DNA of 64,000 nucleotides from positions 2,502,285-2,566,284 of the forward strand of contig NW_003314271.1 in assembly GCF_000143415.4 (NCBI RefSeq), written 5' to 3'. A program made the translations under genes and the position numbers. Numbering within the stretch: position 1 is the first letter of the stretch; the number at the start of each line of letters is the position of its first letter. Of the stretch, positions 9,723 to 22,085 are shown piece by piece. The DNA is from Selaginella moellendorffii (lineage: Eukaryota > Plantae > Lycopodiophyta). A model generated the notes under the pieces. The model had not been told where the DNA came from, did not search any database, and saw only the letters and a program-made list of their open reading frames with translations.

Positions 9723-12363
9723 ATGGGAGATATCGAGAGCAATGGCGAAGCTTACAACGGCCACAAAGTCATGGAGGTCCTGAGGCCGCCTTACAAGAGC
9801 TCCGCCAGCGCTTTCGGAGACACTGTCAAAGAAACATTTTTCCCGGATGATCCCTTTCGGCAATTCCGCCATCAAACCGCGGCGACGAAGTTTGTTCTGG
9901 CAATGCGTTACATGTTCCCTGTGCTGGATTGGGGAGCTAAGTATAAGTTCGCGGATCTCAGAGCGGATCTAGTTTCAGGACTGACAATTGCGAGTCTCTC
10001 CATACCGCAGGTCAGTGCTGCTTTTAACTTTCACCGTAGAGGCTTAGCTCACGTACGGTGCCTGTGGGTCTTGCAGGGCATAGCATATGCAAAACTTGCA
10101 AACTTGCCCCCGATTTATGGGCTCTGTAAGTTCTCTACCTTCCATTTCGTTTCCAGCTGCGAAAAATGTGCTTTTACGCTGGTCGGTGGTTCACAATGAC
10201 TTATTGTGCTGTGTGTCCAGACTCGACATTTCTACCGCCGTTGCTCTATGCAATCATGGGAAGCTCGAGAGATCTTGCAATTGGACCGTCAGCGATATTG
10301 TCACTTGTTTTGGGGACTATGCTGCGTCAAGAAGCTGACCCTGTCAAGGAGCCGGAGCTCCATTTGAGGCTTGCCTTGACTGCAACCTTCTTCACAGGTG
10401 TCATCCAAGCTGGTCTTGGAGTTTTTAGGTGCGCATCATATGGACTTGAGCTTGGATCTGATGACTCGTTTCATTCACGGCAGGCTTGGATTTCTTATTG
10501 ATTTTCTTTCACATGCTACGATTGTCGGTTTTGTGTCTGGCGTGGCCGTTATAATTTGCCTGCAGCAACTCAAGGGAATTCTCGGCCTACCGCATTTCAC
10601 CACAAAATCGGACATTATCTCCGTTCTCCATGCTGTGTTTGAACACCCGCAACAGGTACGCTGCTCGTTCAGTTGATCTCGTCTGATTCTTTTCTTTTTC
10701 GCTTGCAGTGGAACTGGCGTACTATTGTCATTGGAGTTTGCTTCGTGACCCTTTGCTTGGTGACAAAATATATTGTGCGTTTCTGTTCCTTTGATTTTGT
10801 TGGCTTTTAATCATTAAGACCTTCCATTCCAGGGAACAAGAAACAGGAAGTACTTCTGGCTTTCAGCTGGAGCGCCAATGACGACAGTTGTTGTGACTAC
10901 GTTTTGCACATATATTACTCATGCAGAGAAACATGGTGTGAGCATCGTTGGACACTTGAAAAAGGGCCTGAATCCCATTTCAACGCACAAGCTGTTTCTT
11001 ACGGGACCATATGTCTTGGCAGCGGTAAAAATTGCTGTGGTGGTGGCAGCTATTGGACTTATGGTACGAATTGTGCTGTTTCTAATTTCCTGGGGGACTG
11101 ACCGACGAATTCAGGAAGCGATAGCGATTGGGAGAACGTTTGCGTCCATGAAAGGCTATGATATTGATGGCAACAAGGAGATGATAGCGTTTGGTGTCAT
11201 GAACACTTGCAGCGCGTGCATGTCTTGTTATGCTACTACAGGTGCTCTTTCACTTTGCCTTTGCTACTCTTGCAAATGTTTTATCTTGTTCTTTGTTTTT
11301 TGTTTTGTTTTGGACAGGGGCTGTCTCTCGTTCGGCTGTGAACTTCAACGCAGGTTGCAGGACGGCATTTTCCAACATCGTCATGTCATTTGTCATCATG
11401 GTTACGTTGCTGGTTCTCATGCCGTTATTCCATTATACTCCCAACGTCACGCTCGCTGCCATTATCTTTGCTGCTGTTATTGGGCTGATTGATCCATGTA
11501 CCGCGTACGAAATTTTCAAGGTGGACAAGATCGACTTTCTCGCTTGCATCGCTGGTTTTCTAGGAGTTATCTTCATTTCTATTCAGATGGGGCTTGTGAT
11601 CGCTGTAAGAACTCTCTCTACTCTCTGCACCTGAGATGGACGATATAACAGCGTTGTTTTTGCAGGTTACCATTTCTCTTGCGAGACTTATACTGCAAAT
11701 GACAAGGCCACACACGTCACTCCTGGGTCAAATACCAGGGACGAACGTTTTCAGGAACAAAAAGCAGTACCCAGGCACGATGAAAACGGATGGCATTCTT
11801 GTGATTCGAATCGATGCAGGCATTTACTTTTCAAACGCAAACTACATCAGAGAAAGGTAACACACTGTACAGAAATGCCTTGAATGCTGACGTGAAAATT
11901 ATCCCAACGTTTGGAGATGACAGAGTCTTCAGATGGATAGCTGATGAGGAAGAAGCTAACGGGAAATCAGGACAGTCTTCGATTCGCTATGTGATCATCG
12001 ACTTAACCCGTAAGCAGTAGCAGCAACCTTGACGTGGCTCATCGTTTTTATTTCAGCGGTGATGAACATTGACACAAGTGGGATCCATGGCTTTGAAAAC
12101 ATCCAGAGAATCTTGAAAAGCAGAGGTGTTCAGGTAGAAAAAGGGAAACCTTCCTTGATGTTTATCTCGATATCTGATCTTTGATATTTCTTTGCTTCTG
12201 TCAGCTTGCGTTCGCAAATCCTGGGAGTGGCGTTTTTGAGAAGCTGCACAAGTCCAAGTTCATGGAGTCTCTCGGCCAGCAGTGGATGTTCCTCACGGTG
12301 AGCGGGGCCGTGCAAGTTTGCTCATCGCTACTCGCCATGGAAAACAAGGGCCTGGCGGAGTAG
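9723..12363 (+). CDS. Sulfate transporter (SulP/SULTR, SULTR3-like) with STAS domain; multi-exon
   Basis: KETFFPDDPFRQF, DLVSGLTIASLSIPQGIAYAKLANLPP, GSSRDLAIGP, DGNKEM, SRSAVN, STAS IYFSNANY; canonical GT-AG introns can be traced throughout. Confidence 0.95.
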
Positions 12364-14255
12364 AGCGATTCGAAGATTACGCACACATTTGTGCGTATGT
12401 ACAGGTAAAACAGCGGTGTATTTTATGACCCCAACATTTTGCAAGAAAGATGGTCAAGTAGTAAAATTTCTACGCTCTTCGATGCAAATGGAAAAAACAA
12501 GTACATTGTTTAGTGGCATTCACAAAGAAGAAAATTACAAGAAAAGTTTTGACCACGGGGTCAATGAATAAGAACCATTTTCTTCTTTGTTTTTCACTTT
12601 CCTCTGTATGAATCTAGTGGCAGAGATACGACCATGTCGTATGCTCCAACGCCTTTATACGTGGAAATACTCAACCGCATACGCGTGGTCCACCTTTGGC
12701 GGCTCTCCACATTTAAAAACATTACATAGAATATCTCCTCAAACCTTCCACAGAAACTAGGCCGTGCAAATATACCGCCGTTGCCTGATTGATCATTCTC
12801 CTTTCGAAGCCTCGGAAAAAACAGTGATTGTTTTACATCCTGATTGATCCTGATTGACACACAAAAGCATTAAGTCGGGATTGATTGAAATGCCTATAGC
12901 TATACTCATCACTCAGCACCGTGTAGCCGTAGCATATAGCATGCTTTCTTGTTCTTGCTGATGTCAAACCCACGAAAGGGTCTCTGTCAAATCGCTGATT
13001 CTCTGCGATGCTGGAGAATCAACCAAGCAAAGCACGAAGCTTTCTCGTGCCAAATCTTTCCGGGACTGCATAACAAGGTAGTAGACTGTTAGCGTATATG
13101 GAAAGGCACGCTGCTCTACACACACCTGGTGCGCGCTGCTGTAGCTACAGCCTGCTTACCAAGTTGAGCCATCTCGGTCTCCATCCCAAGCTTGTCCTGT
13201 GCTCAAACCGGGCCGATTTTGCAATCCCAGCTGCTGCTACGCACCTTCACATCGGAAGTTTTTATGAGCTGAGCGAAAAACTAATGTCACGAGCAGGGGC
13301 ACGTACCTTAGTTGCACATACGTTTGATCATGCTCCTATTATTGCCAGTTTGATATTGGTTTTCCTCAAAGCAGCAGCCACGAAATCCACAGCCGCAATT
13401 CAATCCTGCTTTGTCCTCGAGTACCATGGCTTAATCTGCCGCTCCCCCCTCTTACCTTGCTCGCAGTTTTTTAAAGAGAGTTCCCCAAGGCGGAGCAAAG
13501 CATTATTGGGTGTAGTCACTCCCCCCAGTTTTTTAATCTCCTGCTCGTTCGGTCCATCCGTCACTGTGAATGCAACAAATGGTTTTTAGCCGGGTCAGAA
13601 CGCTCACATGTTATACCTCGAGGCTTGGTGGTCTAGAGCTCGCTAAAACGAGACAGAAAATAAACAAACCACCGGTGTCCAGTGAAAGACTTCCAACCTG
13701 CATGCATGCCAAACTTAACAGCACGAAAGAAAAACAGAAAACAATCTTCAAAGTCTCGCTCGCTTGCTCGCTCTCTCTCTCTCTGTGCTCTCTTTTTTGT
13801 TTGCGTTCTCAGGTGCTTTCTTCTCAGGAACAAAGCCGCGACTGCCTGTCAAAATGCTAGCATCAGCCATCACCAGTTGTGACACACTGACCGCTGCTCC
13901 TGCAAGAAGAGAAGTGTTTAGCCTTTTCCTCATTTTCTTTGCTACTTTTATAACCTGCTTGGCAGTTGCTTCACTCGCCAGCAACGTGAATCTGCCCTGA
14001 GCAGCGGGTTGAATCCATCAGATGCAAGCAGTGGCCCTGACCACGAAGACAACGAAGAAGACCACCAGCACCAAATGCTCGTTTTAATGAGGATCGCTGA
14101 GCTGCGCCATCACCATGAGCTTAAAGCGCGAACTTGCTCAAAAGGTCGGAGAGTCACTGTGCTGCTGCGGGATTCTCGTCAATAACCAGCCTTGTCTTAG
14201 TTTAGAGCCAAGTGAAGTGGAGTGAGAGAGAGAGCGCTCTGCGTCGTCGTCAAGT

Positions 14256-16199
14256 ATGGTGGTTCCCGTGGGCCTCCGGAGAGAAGGCAGTGATAATAAT
14301 GATCACGGCGGCCTTTTCCCTGGATCTCTGGGGAGTGTCCTGCACCACCTGGAGCACAGCCAGGCCGCTACCACGACGGAGAAAATGGCTTCCAGATCCC
14401 AGCAGCAACTGCCTTTCAGTAAAAATCATCCCGCCGCCGACCATTTCCTTCGACACCAGCATCTCCCGCTGAGCTCCTGGAGCTTCTCTCCGTCGCTGCT
14501 GGACAAATCCAGGGAACTCGAACAGCACCAGCACCAGCACCAGCACCAGCACCAGCAGCAAGAGCTCCACCTTGTCAGCAGCGGCACGAGCATGACCGCC
14601 ACAGGCTGGAGTCGCAAAGGCTGCTTTTTCCAGCTCCAACCACAGCAGCAGCAGCAGCAAAACTCCTCGATGCTCTTGTTTTCTCCATCGCCACCGCAGC
14701 AGCAGGAACAGCAGCAGGCCTTTTCACTCCACCCGAAATCCACCGATCACGTCCGGAGAGGAGGAGGATCGTCGAAGAAAGCTCGCAGCAGCACCGTTGA
14801 AACACCAGCAGCGGAGCCTCCAAGAGCCGCCGCAAAGGAACCGCCACTCTCAAGTTCATGCCGACGAGACGACTCCTCCTCGTCCCTGTCCTCTTCAATT
14901 CACCGGGGTGGCAAGATGACGAGCCTGGGAGCTAGTCCCAAATGCAACGTCTGCTCGCACAAGCCCAACGAAGCCCGAGTCATCACCTTCTGCGGCCACC
15001 TCCTGTGCTGGCCCTGTCTCTGCTGCTGGCTCCACAACAAGTCCCCGGACAAGGAATGTCCCGTCTGCAACCGGCCCCTCACCAAGAACCACATCACTCC
15101 CTTGCACGGCCGGCAAAACAGTCTCACCGTCGCCCGCTTGCAAGGGATGCTTCGACCCGAGAAAACGACGTCGACGCCTCGGGTCCATTCCAGAGGAGGC
15201 GATGGTGCTTGGAGCAGGCGCCATCAATCCAGAATTTCCACCGCCACCACTGCTGCCGCTTCCGCTGCTTCGGCCACCTCAAAATCAGCACCAGCGGGGC
15301 CGCGGAGCATTGTTTTCGATGCCACTCCGAAAGTAAACACGTCCAAGGCTGAGGATGATAGTAGCAGCAGCATCATGCGGATCCTCACCGGCCACAGCTC
15401 GTCCAATTTTTTCACCCCGGCACTAACACCACCACCAGCAACCGTGGCAGCAGCAGCAGCGGCCGCGGAGGTTAATAACTGGAGTCGCCCCGCGGAAAAA
15501 TCATGTTTTGATCGCGATCCACCAGCGGTACCGGCATTGAGCAGCAGCGAAGCGATGGAGCTCGCATCGTCGTTGTCACCGACCGTGGTTGACGAGCCGT
15601 CGTCGTCCCCGACCGTGATTGAAGAGCAGCAGTATCAGCATGGCAACACTGGCTTGTTGTGCGGTGCCATAAGCACGGCCTCGACGGTGGTGACCACGGA
15701 TGCTTGCAGAGATGATGCTAGGCTCGCGCCGATCAAAGTCTCGTCTCCTCCGGCAGCTTACGAAGGATCATTTGCCGAAGTTGCAGGCTACGAAGAGATA
15801 AGAGAGCTCGGGGTCTTGTTGTCGCTCGAGTGGGAGGGAGCCATGAGCGCGATCGAAAACGCCTGGTGGGATGCTGTCTCAGACGTTCTCAACGCCGGTG
15901 GTAACACTGCCGATGCGATGGGAGTCGTTGAGCGGCTGTCCAGAGAGAAGGAGACCATCATCCACGAGCTGGCGTCGGAGCCACTCAAAGGATCGAACTG
16001 GCTGGCGTCGAGGTTGGAGTATTTCACGATGATAGCCAGCGAGGAGATTGATAAGAGGACGCCGGTGCCGCAAGAGTTCATTCCAATGGAGATCGAGAAC
16101 TGGTTCTTAGATTCGCCTGATGATGGCCAGACTTTGTTCCCAGAGTTCGTAGAGCAAGAGCAAGCCGAAGTAGCCGATGGCGAGTACCAGAGGAAGTGA
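14256..16199 (+). CDS. C3HC4 RING-finger E3 ubiquitin ligase, RMA/RNF5-like RING in a long low-complexity protein; intronless
   Basis: CNVC...CGHLLCWPCLCCWLH...KECPVC followed by ITPLHGR; 647-aa ORF. Confidence 0.8.
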   Translation: MVVPVGLRREGSDNNDHGGLFPGSLGSVLHHLEHSQAATTTEKMASRSQQQLPFSKNHPAADHFLRHQHLPLSSWSFSPSLLDKSRELEQHQHQHQHQHQQQELHLVSSGTSMTATGWSRKGCFFQLQPQQQQQQNSSMLLFSPSPPQQQEQQQAFSLHPKSTDHVRRGGGSSKKARSSTVETPAAEPPRAAAKEPPLSSSCRRDDSSSSLSSSIHRGGKMTSLGASPKCNVCSHKPNEARVITFCGHLLCWPCLCCWLHNKSPDKECPVCNRPLTKNHITPLHGRQNSLTVARLQGMLRPEKTTSTPRVHSRGGDGAWSRRHQSRISTATTAAASAASATSKSAPAGPRSIVFDATPKVNTSKAEDDSSSSIMRILTGHSSSNFFTPALTPPPATVAAAAAAAEVNNWSRPAEKSCFDRDPPAVPALSSSEAMELASSLSPTVVDEPSSSPTVIEEQQYQHGNTGLLCGAISTASTVVTTDACRDDARLAPIKVSSPPAAYEGSFAEVAGYEEIRELGVLLSLEWEGAMSAIENAWWDAVSDVLNAGGNTADAMGVVERLSREKETIIHELASEPLKGSNWLASRLEYFTMIASEEIDKRTPVPQEFIPMEIENWFLDSPDDGQTLFPEFVEQEQAEVADGEYQRK

Positions 16200-17338
16200 A
16201 GAGACGGTCGCGAATTGCTCTGGCTATACCAGCAGCACCACAGCACCACAGCACCACAGCACCCCGGTTTGCGAGAATTTTTTCGTTTTTTTTGGTTGTT
16301 GTTACTGCTGCAACGAAAACCATGATTTTTTGAGCCCACTCTTAATGTTGCATGTTTGTGTCCCATGGTAGCTTTGACTTCGACCTCCTTCCCTCCCACT
16401 TCTAATCCTCCCCCGCTTGAAATGGGAAAAGTTAGCGACCGAGCCATCCGCTCGTGGTTTTGTTCGTAAACAAGCAGCTGCAGCCTCCAGGAACAATTCT
16501 CTTCTTGTCGTCTTCCATCATGGCTTTCTCCTGCAAATGGAAATTCCAAAGTAGTTAGCGAAAAGCTCTCATCAAGGAACGAACACACAAAAGCCAAGCA
16601 GCCACCAGAGAAAGAAATAGCATGCCATCTCTCTCGCTCTCTCTCGGGTCCACCTTCAAGGCACACCCAGAGAGCTCTTATAATTCACACGCATGCGTCG
16701 CAGGAATACAAACAACGCATACTCTTTCTCTCCTCTCGCCTTGCCTGCCAGTAAATCAGGCCTGAAAAAGAAAGCTGTGAAAGGAAATGTACTTACGAGC
16801 CTGTTTGCTTGTCATTCCAACGCTCTCTTTTCTTAGATCTGTTCTTGCTCGCTGACGTGCGTCCTGCCGCCGTCTTGAGCTCCAACGCCTGGGATCCACG
16901 CGTAGCTCATCCAACGGGGCGTCCGGTGGTGCCTCCAGGATCTTGCTCGAAGTTTGGGCCACTTCCCTGTCAACTGTTTCCTGCTCCTGCTACTTAACTA
17001 TACTGCCAGTACAATCCCCCTGTTCACCTCCTCGTTCCCCGCTGTGCTCTACGCTACTCGTGCCAACAGGATACTATACGCCGGCTATTATAACACAGCT
17101 TCCAAAGGTGACACCATGTGTAGACAATGGTGACACCATATGAGAGCCTGCAATAGCGAAACAAACTTAAAATTACACAAAAGACAAGTTACGAACCTCT
17201 TTCAGCACCTATTTGAAGAAAACAAAAACAAAACTTAACGCTTTCTTACGTTGCTCTGTCCCTGAACACCGCACGAATCGAATGTTTTCTCATATCCGAT
17301 TCGGTGGCAGCAAAAATTAAAAATGGTTCCAAGCAGCT

Positions 17339-19618
17339 TCAGTGAACTGCTGCTTGAACAAGCGTCTGTAGCATTCCTTGAAAGGATTGCAGTGACTCCT
17401 GCAACCTCACTTCTTCCTCCACCGCGTATTTCAGCTTCGTAACCTGTAACTCATACCAAAGGTTGATGGTAACGCGCTTGACAAAAAACTAGGAAGTACG
17501 GTCATACCTGTTGTTTCAGCGATTGAGAAGCTGCAAAGCTTGTGGCGCATGTATCGAATACGCTATGGGCAGCGGGAACTAAAAGCCGTGAATACTTTGG
17601 CGACGCAACATGCCTGTCACGAGACAGTGAATTGTCAATGCTATGGTAACCATGGCAACTTACTTTGTCAGGAACGCCAAAAGAATTTCCAGTTCTCCTA
17701 CTTCCAAATTCGAAAATGCTTGCACTAATCCCTTGCGAGCTACTAGTTCTTCAATTACAGCAACCACCACCTACACGGAGTATAAAATAAAACAAACTGC
17801 AGAGAATGAGAGGCACGTACCGTTGGATCCTTTGTATTCAAAGCCGCGAGCAGAGCGTCCTTGTATCGAAATTTGAGTAATAGCCAGTCGTGTTCTTGGC
17901 GCAAAGCTCTTTTTGTGCTACCAAGAACATAATCGTCATCCTGAGAATAAAAACAGAAACAATGGTCAATAGTGGCAATACAGGGAAGACTTATTGAACA
18001 TACAGATGCTTTTTCGGTAGCCCCACGTAGAAAATATCTGAAGTTGCTAGGCCGCAACACTTCCTTCTGTTCTTGTCCGCTGACTTCAAGAGCCTGAGTG
18101 GCTCTCTCTTCGCTGATTACGCTCTTCCTTTGACGCACGGAAAGCAAACCTGATGCTGTTCCAACGGCCAGCGAGGTACACGATGGGGAAACATCCATTG
18201 CCAATATCGGGCCTGGATATTTTGCAGCATGAACCACCTACGGAAATTTATGATTCGTAAGTACCAAAGGAACAGAAAAAAATACCTTGAAATCTTCGAT
18301 ATCAAAAACCTTCAGCAGCCCATCCAACGATGCCGTGAGAAGTCTGGATTCCGACTCGCTAGGCGTCGTTAGCTTCAGCTTCTTCACAGTTTTCTGATGA
18401 TTCCCGAGGACCGTCAAAACCTTTCCAGCCACCACGTCCCAAATCTTCACCATGTTTCCACCTATTTGGAAATCATATAAGCACCTTGGAGAGAGGAAAA
18501 ACACAACAGTTATAAACTTGCTTACCGGCAGTTGCGAGAAGACTTCCAGAAGGAAAAAAGAGAACATCTTCCAAGGGCTTATCATGCTGAAAAAGCAAAG
18601 TACTGTCAGAAAAAATTCAAAAACTAAAATGAAAAAAATCACGCAGAACCTGCAGCAGCGATACGGATTTTGCAGTCCGAGTGTCCCACATTCGCACAGT
18701 GTGGTCGTAGGACCCAGTGACCCTACAAAAAAGCTTAGGCTCAAGCACACACACTTTCGAGTATTACCATATCCCAGGACTCGCTGGGTTGTATGAACCG
18801 CAACGAACGTAATCCGTGTGCTCCTGGAATTTCACCACTGCTTCCTAGCAAAGCGAGTTCGTTTTAGATTAGAGAGCTTAAAAAAAACCAAGAAAAGTAG
18901 CAACCTCACTAGCAACATCCCACCACCGGACCGAATTATCATCACTTCCAGATAACACGTGAAGCTTGTCTGATTCCGAGTAGCGAACCCAACGCACAGC
19001 TCTACAGAGAAAAGAGAAAACGCGTAACCATCAAGTATGAAAACTCAACACAACAATGTACCTGGAGTGACCTTTCAATTGCCGGAGCGTTATCCGACTA
19101 TTGGCATCGAAGATCTAGAGCATGCATGAAACACAAGTTAAAAACGAAAGAAAAACTGTGGACACAGAAAAAAAACCACCTGAATCAACCCGGTTTCGCC
19201 ACCAGCCATGATCAACTGTCCATCGGGACGAAAGCTTCCAGAGTACGCCTGGCAAAGAGAAGCAAAAACTTCACAACAAGAAACACAGAAGAAAAGAGAG
19301 AGAGAGATACCAAATCGGTGAATCTCGATATCGTTTTCTTCACTTGACACGAAGCTCCATCGTAAACCACAACCTACACAACGGCATTCTCATCGCAAAT
19401 GCACAAGAAATGCGGCAGAAGCTTACCCTGGTGGACGCTGTGACCACAAAATCGTGAGGAAAAACCGGACAGAAATCCACGCAGGTAACCGCGAATTTCT
19501 GCTCGTCGACGATCCTGCGCTTGAATCGCCTCCAGAACTTCGAATCGGCAGTGAGGGGATTGCGCGATTTCGGCAGCTGCTTCTTCCCGACGGGAACGTA
19601 GCTCGATGCCGCCTCCAT
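17339..19618 (-). CDS. UTP15: U3 snoRNA-associated WD40 protein UTP15 (SLOW WALKER1-like); multi-exon
   Basis: N-terminal SKFWRRFK, FRPDGQLIMAGGETGLIQ, NHQKTV, LLTASLDG.LKVFD, KFRYKDAL; last exon ends ...LQSFQGMLQTLVQAAVH*. Confidence 0.9.
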
Positions 19619-19686
19619 TGATCGAAAGAAAGAAGAAACAAGAGCCCTAAAACCCTACATATTTTAGGGTTCTTATTTTGCAGGGC

Positions 19687-20686
19687 ATGGCGACCGCGGC
19701 ACCGGCTCCTCCAGCGCCTGGGCCACAAGCGCAAGCGCAGCAGCCTCCTCCTTCCGAGGTTCCGCCAAACCAGACGATCTACATCAACAATCTCAACGAG
19801 AAGATCAAGAAGGACGGTGAGTCGAAAGAGCGATGTTTTCGCGATAGATTATCATAGCCTTTTCTTTCCTGCTGCCAGAGCTTGTGAAATCGCTGCGAGC
19901 GGTGTTCTCGCAGTTTGGAAACATTCTCGACATCGTCGCGTGTAAGTCACTGAAGCTCAAAGGCCAGGCGTGGGTCGTGTTTGAGGATGTTACCGCTGCT
20001 ACCAATGCGCTGCGCCAAATGCAAGAGTTTCCATTCTATGACAAGGCTCTCGTAAGTCACACAGTTCCATTCTATGACCAGACTCACACAGTTCATGTTC
20101 TTCCTTTCTTTTTTTCTTCTTTTTTTTTTCCAGAGGATTCAATATGCGAAAACAAAGTCCGACGCTGTGGCTAAACTCGATGGCACATTTATTCCCAAGG
20201 AGAAGAGAAAGAAGATAGACGAGAAAGGTAGACAAGAAACTTTTCTCTTGCTTTTGCCTTGACTCTTTCTTTCTTTCTTTCTTTTTTTCACCCTGGTGTA
20301 GCTGAGAAGAGAAAACGGGAGCACCACGAATCCCACTCCTATCACGTAAGCTTCTTTCAATCCGATCTCTTCCAATTCTCCCAGCTGTCAATCTTTGGAT
20401 CACTTTTTTGCCTTCGCAGTATCCAATGCGAACTTCCGTCCCCGAGATCGCGCTTCCAAACAACATCCTCTTTGTACAAAAGCTCCCTCACGACACGTCG
20501 AGCGCGCAGCTCCAGATGCTCTTCTCCTCCATCCCGGGCTTCAAAGAGGTTCGAATGGTAGACGCCAAGCCCGGCATCGCCTTCGTGGAGTACGCGGAGG
20601 TGGATCAGGCAAGCGTTGCCAAGAGCACCTTTCACGCCTTTCGTGTCAACGAGTCGCCAATGCACATCACGTACGCCAAGAGGTGA
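19687..20686 (+). CDS. U1A/U2B'' family snRNP protein (two RRMs); multi-exon
   Basis: [69 protein letters not shown]...[15 protein letters not shown]. Confidence 0.95.
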
Positions 20687-21339
20687 CCATCAACATCACA
20701 AGCAAAGAAAACAAGCAAAGCAAAGGTTTCTTGTAAGATCACGTCCGAGATTTTTCACTGAACCATAGATCATAGCTTCTCTTTTGTATCATTGCCTTGA
20801 AATGTTAATCATTCGAATATGAGTTAGCACCATTGAAAGTGTTTGACCGTTGAATGTTTTTTACCGGGGCCTTTTGCTTTTGACCGGGGGGGGGGGGGTA
20901 CGTGGGAGAGATGTGGCTATGGGCAGTGGCTGTACAAAGATTTTCTTCCCAAATGCCCTATAGACCAGAGAAAATGAGCTTTTGATGCTCCCAAATCTCT
21001 TTCCCAAAAGCAACACTTGTGGCTATCCCGGGCGAAAAGGACGATGCGCTTTATGTAAAGGTTGTGCGCTACCTGTTACACTTTTCTCGCGATTTCGCCC
21101 ACGCACGCATCATGGAATCAAAACCTTCCACAAACACTATAATTGACAACCATACTATAGCATTAGTTTAAACAACCATGACGAGAAAAAGTTTATATTA
21201 TCTCTTTCTTTCTATTAGCTGTGATTGCCAAGGGGGTGCTTTTTCCCCTCTAGCATACCGATACTTAGAGGGCCAAATATCTATCTACCTGGTGCGCACT
21301 TTTTAACGGGTGGGTGGAAATGAACCGTCCAAAGTAAAT

Positions 21340-21810
21340 CTTTTACTCTAACGGCGACATGTCCACGTGCCAAGTGGACCAGCTTTTGCTGCTTACGTGC
21401 ATTATGGGGGGCGAGCCCACAGCCGCCACGTGGCGGCCTGCCCGCCACAAGAGCCCGCCAAAAATCCCCAAAAGCCTGGCACGCCCACCTATTGCTCTAT
21501 AGATAAAAGAAAGAGAAGAAAAGGGACAGTGCCTTTTTCTTGCGTTTGAAAGCGGCTGGAATATTCTCGGCCCCTGTCGGGATATTCGTGCGCTGTGGAA
21601 TATTTCCCCGCGCGGGTAGTGGGGTCGAGTGAGTGGAGAAACAAAATGTAAAGAGGGGGAGGACGGCGCCATAGCCACAAGCTGGGCTTGTGGACCTCCT
21701 TCCGCAAGCCCACGTGCTCCATTGGTCCCCCAAAATGGAGCCCACCAATGGCTGGGTGCCACCTGGGCACGATGAAAAACTCGCCGCGTTGCCCTAATCT
21801 CCCACGTCCC
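21340..21810 (+). promoter_or_regulatory. G-box/GCCCAC-rich promoter block upstream of the Dof gene
   Basis: CACGTG at about 21364, 21427 and 21711, several (G/A)AGCCCAC motifs and ACGT cores. Confidence 0.45.
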
Positions 21811-22085
21811 GTGTTCGACCCCGCGACCCTTTTCTTTCGTCTAGCTCGAGTTGTAAGAGCTATGGCTTGTCGGCCACACCGGGAGCTTGGATGAGCTTAC
21901 TGCGGATGATTTTGGTTGCTCGGATGGGTGTCTCGCGATCTTCTCTTTGTTTTCTTGCTTCGCATTCTCTCTGGGTAAGATCGTTTGTGTGAATTCCGTG
22001 TGCTGTCTGAAATGGTGCCGGGCTATGCAGATTCTGGGACTCGGCAGCGCGGATTCGTGACGTCTTGATGACGAGGAGATGGACG

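Noticed and set aside
15788-16666. 292-aa antisense ORF overlapping the RING gene end
   Set aside because: Non-ATG start; largely the reverse frame of the RING CDS and UTR; no recognisable motifs.
20687-20880. U1A autoregulatory PIE element in the 3' UTR
   Set aside because: No ATTGCAC/ATTGTAC boxes found.
20886-20898. G13 run as a G-quadruplex element
   Set aside because: Simple homopolymer with no supporting context, and its length is unreliable in assemblies.
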